From positions 480,001 through 544,000 of the forward strand of contig CAWIIB010000001.1 of the NCBI GenBank assembly GCA_963836075.1: DNA of 64,000 bases. The letters run 5' to 3'. Position 1 is the first letter of the stretch; each line of letters begins with the position of its first letter. Under the pieces are notes generated by a model. That model had not been told where the DNA came from. It ran no database searches and saw nothing but the letters and a program-made list of their open reading frames with translations. A program made the translations under genes and the position numbers. This DNA is from an uncultured Acidobacteriota bacterium. GTDB taxonomy: Bacteria; Acidobacteriota; JAQAZP01. Positions 29,101 through 38,990 of the stretch are shown one piece after another.

Positions 29101-30731
29101 CAGACAAGCTCCAGTATGCTTACAAGCTTATCACCGGCCAGTCCCCTGCCCTGCCTCAGTTGCACCTCGGGATTGCGGCCGTCGCGGATCAGGCGGCGCA
29201 GTTCGGTGGTCAGCACCCGCAGGAGGTCGTATTGCTCAAGGGTATCAGGCGGATCCTCAGGCAGGGTCACGCTGCGCCGGACGTCGCCATCACGCTGATC
29301 CCAGCTTACCTCGGCGCCGGCCAGCAGCGTGAGCCAGCGGCCCCTGCGCAGCTGGTGCCCCACATTCATGGTCAGGCCGGTAAGCCTCCCGGCCACGATC
29401 TCGGGAGTGAGTTCGATCTCTTCCTCGTCAGCCTCCACCGTCTCCTCTTCCTCGAGCTTGCCCGTAGCCCTCGCGTCCCTCTCCAGACGCTGCCGTTCCC
29501 TCATCTCGAGCCAGAGGTCGCGGCCCAGCGTGCGCAAAGCCCTGGCCAGAGCTGCATCCCTCTCCAATTCGTGCATCTCGAGAAACAGCTCTGTGCCCTC
29601 TGTAAAAAGCCCGGGGTCGCAGGGTGCATGGTGCTCGAGCCAGAGTGTCTGCCAGGTCCCCTCAGCCACGGTCTCTGACCATTCACCAGCTGCCAGCCCA
29701 CCCACCAGTCGGAACCAGTTGCCGGCAAGGACAGTGTCGGTCATTGGGCAGGGGCGGCCCAACGGATAACCGATCTCCGCCGCCAGTGCGGCCACCTCGT
29801 CCGTCGAGCCGAAAGCCCTGCCGGCATCTCGCAGCGCCGTGTTGTACGGCGGATCCAGCCGCTTGATCTCGGCGGTTTCGAGGAGTGCGGCCTCGAGGCT
29901 GGTCTCAGTGGGCTCGGTCTCGATCCGTAAGGCCTGGCTGACGATCTCCAGTTCCTTGTCCGCGCGCCTGCGCCGGCGGTAGTAGCTGTTGACCCGGGAT
30001 TTGAGCGATGTGGCCTTGCCGACGTAGATAACCTTGTCCGCAGCGTTGATGAAGCGGTAGACACCGGGGCCGTCGGAGAGGGCCAACCGCTCCTCCCGGG
30101 CCAGCGGCACCGTCCACTGCTTGCCTCGGGGTGGTTTCCTTTTCGCCAGGAACTCGTCAAGGTCCTCGTAGGTAGCCACACCTTCCACATCAAGCAGCTC
30201 CACCAGCCTGGACCAGATGAACAGCGTGGCCCGCACATGCTCTGCGGCACGCTTCAGCTGGGGCAGGTGGTGGCCGAAGTAACCGGCCAGGGCCCGCATC
30301 CCCCTTCGCGGCAGGTCGGGCAGCAGGCGGCAGGCGATGCGGTGGGTGCAGATGAAGTGCAGGGGAAAAGGCCTGGTGGAACCGGTGGAATCGTGCAGGT
30401 GGCGGTAGAAACGCTCCTCGAAACTGGCGAAGTGGGCCAGGCAGCGTGATTGGCCAGGCGCGGCCTGCAGTTCTTTCCAAATCGCCACTGGCGGACGGGC
30501 CTTGAGCATCATCTCCATGGTGACGCCGGTGAGGCGGGAGATGCGGTTGGGGATCACCTCGCCGTCGGGCAGCTGGGCCAGGGCGGATTGGACATCCAGC
30601 TCATCAGGCGGGTCACCCGCCCGGGCCACGACCCAGGCCGCTTCCAGCAGGTGGCCGCTCTGCGGGGTGGAGCTGGTGGTCTGGCAGTCGGTGACCAGGA
30701 CCTCGCTCGATGCCAGCTCACCGGCGGCCAT
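29100..30731 (-). CDS. DEDD-like (degenerate) exonuclease domain fused to GIY-YIG nuclease
   Basis: TDCQTT, AHFASFE and CT.R exonuclease-like motifs; GVYRF..IYVGKATSL.SR..E..LLE...IK..PPYN. Confidence 0.8.
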   Translation of the reverse strand: MAAGELASSEVLVTDCQTTSSTPQSGHLLEAAWVVARAGDPPDELDVQSALAQLPDGEVIPNRISRLTGVTMEMMLKARPPVAIWKELQAAPGQSRCLAHFASFEERFYRHLHDSTGSTRPFPLHFICTHRIACRLLPDLPRRGMRALAGYFGHHLPQLKRAAEHVRATLFIWSRLVELLDVEGVATYEDLDEFLAKRKPPRGKQWTVPLAREERLALSDGPGVYRFINAADKVIYVGKATSLKSRVNSYYRRRRRADKELEIVSQALRIETEPTETSLEAALLETAEIKRLDPPYNTALRDAGRAFGSTDEVAALAAEIGYPLGRPCPMTDTVLAGNWFRLVGGLAAGEWSETVAEGTWQTLWLEHHAPCDPGLFTEGTELFLEMHELERDAALARALRTLGRDLWLEMRERQRLERDARATGKLEEEETVEADEEEIELTPEIVAGRLTGLTMNVGHQLRRGRWLTLLAGAEVSWDQRDGDVRRSVTLPEDPPDTLEQYDLLRVLTTELRRLIRDGRNPEVQLRQGRGLAGDKLVSILELV

Positions 30732-30735
30732 GGTC

Positions 30736-32760
30736 TCAGCCCCCGGTGCGCTTGGCGCCGCGGCAGGCGTCCCAGTAGATGTAGCCGCAGAGCAGCAGCA
30801 CCAGCACGAGGCCCAGCCAGTTGCCGAAGGCACCGTTATTGGCAAGGTCGGGGATCAGACTGATGCCGAACTCGCTGTCGAGGTAGACGAAGACCGCACC
30901 CACCACTCCCATCAGCGCGCCGCCGGCGATGAAGCCCGAGGCGATCAGCGTGCCCCGCTCGTTGCGCTTGCGGCCCAGTTCCTCGTCATCCCCCCCGCTC
31001 TTCCTGACAAAGTGTGCCACCAGGGCGCCCAGCAGAATCGGGGAGTTGAGCTCGATGGGCAAATACATCCCCAGGGCAAAGGCCAGGCCGGAGATGCCCA
31101 GCATCTCCACGATCACCGCGATCACCGCGCCCACGCCGTAGAGCATCCAGGGCGCCGACTCGCTGACCATCAGGCTCTCGATCACCGCGGCCATGGCGTT
31201 GGGCTGGGGCGCCGGCATGGGGTTGGGGTGCAGCGGCCCGGGGGCGAAACCGTAGGTGTGGGCCAGCAGGATGATGGCGAAGCTCACCGCCACGCCGGAG
31301 ACGGCGCAGCCGAGGATGTTGCCCCACTGGATGGTGCGCGGTGTGGCGCCCAGCCAGTAGCCGATCTTGAACTCGGTGACCAGGGTGGCGGTCATGGAGA
31401 GCGCGGTGCAGACCACCCCGCCCACCAGCAGCACGGCCAGCATGCCGGCCTCGCCGCCCACGCCGGCCTTGATCAGCACGATACAGGTGACCACCAGCGT
31501 CATCAGGGTCATCCCCGAGATCGGCGTCACCCCGATCATGGCCACCGCCCGGGCCGAGACGCTGGCGAAGAGGAAGGAGATGACCAGGGTGATGGTCAGG
31601 GCAATGAGGCTGACGTAGGTGGCGTTGGGCAGACCGTCGAGCACCGAGAAGCGGAAGTAGAGCCAGAGCAGGACCACGGTGAGCGCCAGCAGGCCGAGCA
31701 CGGTGGACATCCTGATGTCGAGGTCGGTGCGCTGGGTGGAGGGCGCGGCGCCCTTGCTTCTGCTGCGGAAGATGTCGGCCATGCCGCTGGTCAGCGCGCT
31801 CCAGATCACCGGGGTGAGCTTGAGGATCCCGATCAGGCCGGCGGCGAAGATGCCGCCGATGCCGATGAAGCGCACGTGATCGAAGAAGATGTCCTCGGCC
31901 CCGAGGCCGGCGGCGGAGACCGGCAGCCCGTCAGGGCCCGGGGGCAGGCCGATGGCGGCCAGCAGCGGCACCAGCACGAACCAGGAGAGCATCGACCCGG
32001 CAAAGATGATCGCGGCGTAGCGCACGCCGATGATGTAGCCCAGGCCGAGAATCGCCGCCGAGGTGTTCATGGAGAAGACCGCCTTGGCCTTGTGGGTCAG
32101 CGGCCCGCAAAAGCCGATCATGGCTGTGGTGAAGTCCTCCTTCCAGGCGTGCATCGAAACGGCGAGGAAGTCGTAGATCCCGCCCACGAGCGCGGCGATC
32201 ACCAGCACTATGGCCTGGCGGCCGCCGCTCTCCCCGGCCATCAGGATCTCGGTGGTGGCCGTGCCCTCGGGGAAGGGCAGCTGGCCGTGCATGTCGGCGA
32301 CGAAGTAGCGTCGGAAGGGGATGAGGAAGAGCACGCCCAGCACGCAGCCGAAGAAGGGCACCACGAAGAGCTGGAACGGGCTGGTCAAATGGTCGATGCC
32401 CAGGACGTAGAGCGCGGGCAGGGTGAACACCGCGCCGGCCACAACAATACCCGAGGTGGCGCCGATGACGATGACGTTGACGTTCTGCAGCAGGGGTGAG
32501 CGGAGCTTGGCCAGGGTGGAGTAGCCGATGGCCAGAATCGCGATAGGTATCGCAGTTTCTATGCCTTGGCCGACCTTGAGGGCGAGATACGCGGCCGCGG
32601 CGGAGAAGAGCACGGCCATGATGATCCCGTAGGTGATGGTATATGGCGTCACCTCGCGGACCCTGGCATCCGCCGGCACCACCGGCCGGTACACTTCCCC
32701 TTCTGCAAGCTCTCTGAACGCGTTTTCCGGCAGTCCGGTCCCGCCCTTGTTCTCGTCCAT
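30736..32760 (-). CDS. OPT family oligopeptide transporter
   Basis: FTLPA, LPFPEGTAT, PISGM, KIGYWLGATP, APQ, G.YLP; many TM helices. Confidence 0.92.
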   Translation of the reverse strand: MDENKGGTGLPENAFRELAEGEVYRPVVPADARVREVTPYTITYGIIMAVLFSAAAAYLALKVGQGIETAIPIAILAIGYSTLAKLRSPLLQNVNVIVIGATSGIVVAGAVFTLPALYVLGIDHLTSPFQLFVVPFFGCVLGVLFLIPFRRYFVADMHGQLPFPEGTATTEILMAGESGGRQAIVLVIAALVGGIYDFLAVSMHAWKEDFTTAMIGFCGPLTHKAKAVFSMNTSAAILGLGYIIGVRYAAIIFAGSMLSWFVLVPLLAAIGLPPGPDGLPVSAAGLGAEDIFFDHVRFIGIGGIFAAGLIGILKLTPVIWSALTSGMADIFRSRSKGAAPSTQRTDLDIRMSTVLGLLALTVVLLWLYFRFSVLDGLPNATYVSLIALTITLVISFLFASVSARAVAMIGVTPISGMTLMTLVVTCIVLIKAGVGGEAGMLAVLLVGGVVCTALSMTATLVTEFKIGYWLGATPRTIQWGNILGCAVSGVAVSFAIILLAHTYGFAPGPLHPNPMPAPQPNAMAAVIESLMVSESAPWMLYGVGAVIAVIVEMLGISGLAFALGMYLPIELNSPILLGALVAHFVRKSGGDDEELGRKRNERGTLIASGFIAGGALMGVVGAVFVYLDSEFGISLIPDLANNGAFGNWLGLVLVLLLCGYIYWDACRGAKRTGG

Positions 32761-32763
32761 TTG

Positions 32764-34038
32764 CTACTCTCCAGATGGTGTGGTGTCCGCTGCCGGCGGC
32801 ACGGTGATCTCCCCGGCCAGGGCCGACGCCGCCACGGTTGCCGGGCTGGCCAGGTATGTCTCGCCGCTTCCCTGCTGTCCCCGGTGATTGCGGTTTGCCG
32901 TGCTGATCAGCACCTCCCCCTGTCCGCTGACCCCGGCCTGTCCCGGGGCGCATCCGCCGCAGCCGGGATTGCGGATCACCGCACCGGCGTCAAAGAGGGT
33001 GCGCAGGGTGCCGTTGGTCCATTGCCGGCCGAAGACGCCGGCCGTTGACGGGATCACGGTGAGCACTCCCCGGGTGTGGATCTTACGCTTCCCCACAACC
33101 CGGGCCGCCAGCTCCAGGTCCGAGTCCCGTCCGTTGGTGCATGAACCGATGAACGAGGAGTCGATGGGTGTGCCGGCCACCGATTCCACATCCACCACCC
33201 GGGCAGGACCGCCGGGCAGGGCGATCTTCGGTGCCAGTCCCTCCAGATCCACTTCGATGGTGTCAGCATGGGCGGCATCGGGGTCGGGTTCGAAAAGACG
33301 GGGGGTGCGGTCCGGCCCCGCTTTGCGGAGTTGAGCCAGCAGGCTGTCAGAAGGCCTGATCCAGGCGGTGACCCCGCTCATCTCGGTGGTCATGCTGGCC
33401 AGGGTGATCCGCTCATCGAGATCAAGCGATTCAACCGCCGCACCGCGATACTCGATGGCCCGGCCGGCGGCACCGCCGGCCCCCACCACCCGGACGATCT
33501 CGAGAGCGATGTCCTTGGCCGTGGCCCGGGGACCGGGACGGCCGTGCCCCTGTACCACCATGGTCTGGGGCACCGTGATCCGGGCCCTGCCGGTACGGAA
33601 GGCCACGGCCACGGCTTCGGGATCCAGCCCCAGGCCCAGCGCGCCCACGGCGCCGAGGATGTTGAGGTGACTGTCGGTGCCCACAACAGTGTCACCGGGG
33701 ATGACCAGCCCCTCGTCGATGTCGATGTGGGTGCCGATGCCGCGGTTGACGTCGAAGACAGTGATCCCCTGCTCCCGGGCGAAACGGCGGCAGAGCTGCT
33801 GGGCCGTGGGCTCCCCTTCCCCCCCGGAGCCGGAACAGTCGAAGGTAAAACAGGTGCGGGAGGCGTCGTCCACCTGCTCCCCGGGATACTCCCGCCGGAA
33901 ATACTCCACCACTCCGGCGCCGCCGGCGTCACGGGCGGTGCGCAGGTCGATGTCGATCCACACCTCGTCCCCCGCCCCTGCGTCCATTCCGGCGTGGGCC
34001 GTGATCAGCTTCTCGATATATGTCATCCCCATGGTCAT
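32764..34038 (-). CDS. Aconitase-family large subunit (LeuC/HacA-like)
   Basis: GTDSH, IGSCTNGR, PGCGGC, STANRN, YLASP. Confidence 0.85.
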   Translation of the reverse strand: MTMGMTYIEKLITAHAGMDAGAGDEVWIDIDLRTARDAGGAGVVEYFRREYPGEQVDDASRTCFTFDCSGSGGEGEPTAQQLCRRFAREQGITVFDVNRGIGTHIDIDEGLVIPGDTVVGTDSHLNILGAVGALGLGLDPEAVAVAFRTGRARITVPQTMVVQGHGRPGPRATAKDIALEIVRVVGAGGAAGRAIEYRGAAVESLDLDERITLASMTTEMSGVTAWIRPSDSLLAQLRKAGPDRTPRLFEPDPDAAHADTIEVDLEGLAPKIALPGGPARVVDVESVAGTPIDSSFIGSCTNGRDSDLELAARVVGKRKIHTRGVLTVIPSTAGVFGRQWTNGTLRTLFDAGAVIRNPGCGGCAPGQAGVSGQGEVLISTANRNHRGQQGSGETYLASPATVAASALAGEITVPPAADTTPSGE

Positions 34039-34086
34039 CTATCCTGGGGGAGATGATGCCCGGCGGTCAAGCCGCCGGCCGCCGGA

Positions 34087-36613
34087 TCACTGGCCGGCAG
34101 CCTTTGACATGTCCAGGTAGCGGTAGATATCCGCCTCGTTGCCCGCGATCTTCTCCGCGTATACCTTCATATATTCGTCGGGCGTGGGGATCCGCCCGAG
34201 CAGGGCGCAGACCGCGGCCAGTTCGGCACTGCCGAGGAAGACCTGGGCCCCGTCTCCGAGGCGGTTGTCGAAGTTGCGCGTGGAGGTGGAGAAGACCACC
34301 GCGTTGTCCTCCACCCGGGCCTGGTTGCCCATGCAGAGCGAGCAGCCGGGGATCTCCACCCGGGCTCCGCTCTGCTGCAGGGTGGCGAACACCCCCTCCC
34401 CTTCCAGCTGGTCGCGGTCCATGTATGTGGGGGGTGTGATCCAGAGCCGCTTCACCGCCGCGCTGGAGCCGCCGAGGATGCGGGCCGCGGCACGGAAGTG
34501 GCCGATGTTGGTCATGCAGGAGCCGATGAACACCTCGTCGATCTCCCGGCCGGCGATCTCGCTGAGCAGCTTGACGTCGTCAGGGTCGTTGGGACAGGCC
34601 ACGATCGGCTCGGTGATCGAGGCCAGGTCGATGTCGATGGTGGCGGCGTACTCGGCGTTGTCATCGCGGGAGAGCAGCTGCGGGTCGGCCAGCCAGGCAT
34701 TCATGGCATCCACCCGGCGCTGGAGCGCCTCGCGGTCCTGGTAGCCGTTGGCGATCAGCTGCTCGAGGAGCGCGGCGTTCGAGCGCAGGAAGGTCTGCAC
34801 CGGCTCGAGATCCAGGGCGATGGTGCCGGCGGCGGCCGATCGCTCGGCGGTGGCGTCGGTGAGCTCGAAGGCCTGCTCCACTGAGAGGTGCGGCATCCCC
34901 TCGATCTCAACCACCCGGCCGTTGAAGACATTCTTCTTGTTCTTTTTCGGCACCGTGAGCAGCCCCTGCTCGATGGCGAACCATGGAATGGCGTTGACCA
35001 CGTCGCGCAGGGCGATGCCGCGGCCCAGCTCACCGGTGAGCTTGACCAGCACCGATTCGGGCATCTCCAGCGGCATGAAGCCCAGGGCCCCGGCAAAGGC
35101 CACCAGGCCCGATCCGGCCGGGAAAGAGACCCCCATGGGGAAGCGGGTGTGGCTGTCGCCGCCGGTGCCCACGGTGTCGGGCAGGATCATGCGGTTGATC
35201 CAGGAGTGGATCACCCCGTCACCCGGCTTGAGCGCCACGCCGCCCCGCTCCTGGATGAAGCCGGGGAGGTTGGCGTGCATCTTCTTGTCGATCTCCCGGG
35301 GGTAGGCCGCGGTGTGGCAGAACGACTGCATGAAAAGGTCGGACTGGAATTTGAGGCAGGCCAGCTCCTTGATCTCGTCGGCGGTCATCGGCCCGGTGGT
35401 GTCCTGGGAACCCACGGTGGTCATCTTCGGCAGGCAGGCCGACCCGGGGTGCAGGCCCTCGGTGCCGCAGGCCTGGCCTACAATCTTCTGGGCCAGGGTG
35501 AAGCCGACACCGTCTTTTACGACGGTGGGAGCGGTGGCAAAGGTCTCGGCCGGGCCCATGCCCAGCGCCTGCCGCGCCCGTTCGGTGAGCTGGCGGCCGA
35601 TGATCAGCGGCACCCGGCCGCCGGCGCGGTATTCGTCCAGCAGGGTCTCGGGGCGGATGTCGAAACGGGAGATAAGCTCGCCGTTCTCACTGCTCACCGT
35701 GCCCTCTGCCGGCCGCACCACGATGACCTGGCCCGTGGAGAGGCCGGTGACATCGCACTGTAACGGCAGGGCGCCGGAGTCCTCGGCGGTGTTGAAGAAG
35801 ATCGGGGCGATGACGCCGCCGATGATCAGGCCGCCGGTGCGCTTGTTCGGCACGTGGGGGATGTCACGGCCGATGTGCCAGATCACCGAGTTGCAGGCCG
35901 ATTTGCGGGAGGAGCCGGTGCCGAGGACGTCGCCCACGAAGGCCACCGGCAGGTCGCCCTGGCGGAGGCGGGTGATCTCGTCGATGCCGCCGGGGAAGCG
36001 CGTCTCGCCCATGGCCATGGCGTGGAGCGGGATATCGGGGCGGGTGGGGGCGTGTTTGGCCGGGGAGAAGTCGTCGGTGTTGGTCTCGCCATCCACCTTG
36101 TAGACCACGGCCCTGATCTCGTCCGGCACGACGGGACGGCCGGTGAACCAGCGCGCATTGGCCCACGATTCGAATCACGCCACGGGCCAGGGCATTGCCC
36201 TTCCCGGAGAGGGCCAGCACCTCGTCGAAGGCGTCGAAGACAAAGAGCGTGCCGCCCAGGACCGCTGCCGCCGCGTCGCCAAGGGTGTCGCTACCAAGCA
36301 GGCCGATCAGCTGGGGCACGTTGTATCCGCCCAGCATGGTTCCCAGCAGGCGCACCGCCTCTTCGGGGGTAACCAGCGGTGAACTCTTCTCGCCCCGGGC
36401 CAGCTGGCCGAGATACGCGGCCTTGACCTGGGCTGCCGGGTCGACACCGGGCGGCACCCGGTCGCTGAGCAGTGACAGCAGGAGCTCTTCTCGACCGGAT
36501 GGCGGTGCGGCCAGCAGTTCACAGACTTCGGCGGTCTGCTCGGCGCTCAGCGGCAAAGGGGGGACTCCCAGCGATTTACGTTGTTCGACCTGTTCCAGAT
36601 ACTGCTCGATCAT
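34087..36613 (-). pseudogene. acnB: Aconitate hydratase B split by a +1 frameshift near 36173 (real or sequencing error)
   Basis: N-terminal HEAT-like domain (PPGVD.AA.VKA, LGTMLGGYN) is in one frame; SWANARWF...GETNTDD...GSCMTN...GCSLCMGNQ is in another. Confidence 0.88.
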
Positions 36614-36694
36614 TGTGCGCTTCTCCCGGCATATTGGTGTGCAAATAATGACCGGCCTATTATGATCTGCTGAGAAATTCAGTCAAGCCGCGAT

Positions 36695-36838
36695 GAAATT
36701 GGGGACAGCTACCTATTTCATTGGTACAATTTCATAAATCTGGCATTATGGCGGCCTGATGAAAGTAGGTACAGTTACTACTTCTTAATGGTGGTGCCCA
36801 TTGCATAAGCAATAACAGTAGCAACTGTGCCTAATTTC
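36695..36838. repeat. Degenerate GGGGACAG-type nested palindromic element
   Basis: Imperfect terminal inverted repeat GAAATTGGGGACAGCTAC / GCAACTGTGCCTAATTTC with internal inverted repeats. Confidence 0.55.
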
Positions 36839-36875
36839 CAAAAAACAGGTAAACGTCCCCAATATATGGTTCAGC

Positions 36876-37784
36876 ATGACCTACGACACAAATCTCATTG
36901 TCATTCTCGGTGCGACGGCCACGGGGAAGACTTCTGTGGCGGTGGCCGTGGCCCGTGCTCTGGGCGGAGAGATCATCTCCGCAGATTCGCGGCAGGTCTT
37001 CCGGGGCATGGACATCGGCACCGGCAAGGACATTGAGGAATACGGCGAGGTCCCCCACCACCTGATCGATATCGCCAATCCCGGAGAGGAATACAGTGTT
37101 TTCAGGTTCCAGCGGGAGTTTTTCGAGGCCTACGAGGCCCTCCGTGCGCGTGGCAGAATGCCGGTTTGCGCCGGGGGCACCGGGATGTATCTGGAAGCTG
37201 TGCTGCGTGGCTACCGGCTGGTGGAGGTCCCTGAGAACCCCACCCTGCGCACCGAGCTGGACCAGCTGAGCACTGAAGAGCTGGCCGAACGGCTGACCAG
37301 GCTCAAGCCGGAACAGCACAACACCACCGACCTGCTGCTGCGCCCGAGGCTGATCCGAGCCATCGAGATCGCCGAGGGGGAAGCCGCTGCCGGCGACCCG
37401 GAGCCGCTGCCCGACTTACGGCCCATGGTCTTTGGCCTCCGCTGGCCGCGGGAGCAGGTGCGGCAGCGGATCACCCGCAGGCTGAAGCAGCGGCTGGACC
37501 AGGGGATGATCGAGGAGGTCGAGCGGCTGCTGGCCGGCGGCGTCGCCCACGGCAGCCTGGAGTTCTACGGCCTGGAATACCGCTTCCTGTCGCGGATGCT
37601 GCGGGGCGAACTGACCCGCGAGGAGATGTTCAAGCAGCTGAACACGGCGATCCACAAGTTCGCCAAGCGGCAGGAGACCTGGTTCCGGCGCATGGAGAAG
37701 CGGGGGACGAAGATCTGCTGGGTGGATGGCAACCGCGACCCCTCAGCCGCGATCCTCGCCGCCCTGGGTGCCACCGGCCACTGA
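36876..37784 (+). CDS. miaA: tRNA dimethylallyltransferase
   Basis: GATATGKT, SADSRQV, DIGTGK, GGTG.Y, FAKRQ.TWFR. Confidence 0.93.
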   Translation: MTYDTNLIVILGATATGKTSVAVAVARALGGEIISADSRQVFRGMDIGTGKDIEEYGEVPHHLIDIANPGEEYSVFRFQREFFEAYEALRARGRMPVCAGGTGMYLEAVLRGYRLVEVPENPTLRTELDQLSTEELAERLTRLKPEQHNTTDLLLRPRLIRAIEIAEGEAAAGDPEPLPDLRPMVFGLRWPREQVRQRITRRLKQRLDQGMIEEVERLLAGGVAHGSLEFYGLEYRFLSRMLRGELTREEMFKQLNTAIHKFAKRQETWFRRMEKRGTKICWVDGNRDPSAAILAALGATGH

Positions 37785-37801
37785 CTCCTGGTCTCCCTCG
37801 T

Positions 37802-38950
37802 TTACGGTTTCCGCGGCAGAAACCAGGGATCGACATCACATCTGTCATACGGGTGGTTATCTTCGTGAGCGCAATAGGCCACGACGAAACTGATATCCCC
37901 GTTTGCCGTCAGGCTCGGCTCACCCACGCCCGCAATGAAGCCTGAATTGTCGGTGATGACTCCCGGGGCGATTACGAGTTCGGGCACGCCCCAGTTTTCG
38001 AATTCGTCCCTGGAGAGATGTTTGCTGCGGAATATGGACATCAGGCCCAACCTGTCCGAGACAAAGTATAGCCATTGATCATCGCCGTCCCGCCAGTAAT
38101 GTCCATGCATATCATGGGAGCCGGAGTTGATGGGTTTTTTAAAGTAACGTGGAAGATCCCAGGTCAACCCATTGTCATGGCTCATGGAATATTTGATCCT
38201 CGTCACCGGGTCATCCTGGCCGTGGTTGTCATAGATGAGCAGCAGTGTATTCGCATCCAATCTTTCCAGTTGCGGGTTGGCTTCCTGACCCATGGTGTTG
38301 ATTGGCGCCGGCATGGGGATATCCACACCGAACGGCGGGTTGTGCTTCACGCCCCTCGCCCAGAAAAGGTCATTCTGACTGTTCCCCATTGATCTCGAAT
38401 ATACGATATCAATCGTGCCGTCCTGATTGTCGATGGAATGAAAACCTCCGTCATAGCTGGCCGGGTTTGAAACGTTGGCGATCTGCCAGGGACCAAAAAC
38501 CCCGGTAACTGACGACCGGGTTGACCAGGCAATGTCGCTGTGGATAACAATGGGACAACCCCACGGATTCGTCTTGAAGTCCATCGTCATCTGGGGGCCT
38601 CGAAAAAAAGGCTGGATCTCCTCGACTTCGCGGCAACCGGGATTGACGGCTATGAACTCGATGTATTTGAACAAATCGAGAGGGACGTAGAAGGCGTAGA
38701 GGTGGAGTCCATCCCGGCTCATGAAAAGGCCGTCCTCCCACCCCAGCGTGTTGTTGCCCTGAATGTATGGCGTTCCATACTCATCAGGCAGGGCGACTTC
38801 AGGCATCGCGTTAGCCTTGATCGCCTCCCAGTCAGGACGGGCTGGTCCATTATCATCGGCGGCCCACACCGCGGCTGAAAACCCCTGCATTGCGCCCAAG
38901 GCGCCAAACACTGTCAGAATGCTGCAAGCCACAAATTGTCCTGATTTCAT
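37802..38950 (-). CDS. Secreted hypothetical beta-propeller protein (Asp-box/TolB-like)
   Basis: Signal-like N-terminus; Asp-box SHDNGLTW; LYFVSDR; lower GC than neighbours. Confidence 0.55.
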   Translation of the reverse strand: MKSGQFVACSILTVFGALGAMQGFSAAVWAADDNGPARPDWEAIKANAMPEVALPDEYGTPYIQGNNTLGWEDGLFMSRDGLHLYAFYVPLDLFKYIEFIAVNPGCREVEEIQPFFRGPQMTMDFKTNPWGCPIVIHSDIAWSTRSSVTGVFGPWQIANVSNPASYDGGFHSIDNQDGTIDIVYSRSMGNSQNDLFWARGVKHNPPFGVDIPMPAPINTMGQEANPQLERLDANTLLLIYDNHGQDDPVTRIKYSMSHDNGLTWDLPRYFKKPINSGSHDMHGHYWRDGDDQWLYFVSDRLGLMSIFRSKHLSRDEFENWGVPELVIAPGVITDNSGFIAGVGEPSLTANGDISFVVAYCAHEDNHPYDRCDVDPWFLPRKP

Positions 38951-38990
38951 CGACAAACCCTCCAGTGAAACCCTGCGCATCTTTGTGCCC

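Noticed and set aside
36856-36872. CCCCAATATATGGTT NrdR-box-like site before miaA
   Set aside because: Single imperfect box with no second site.
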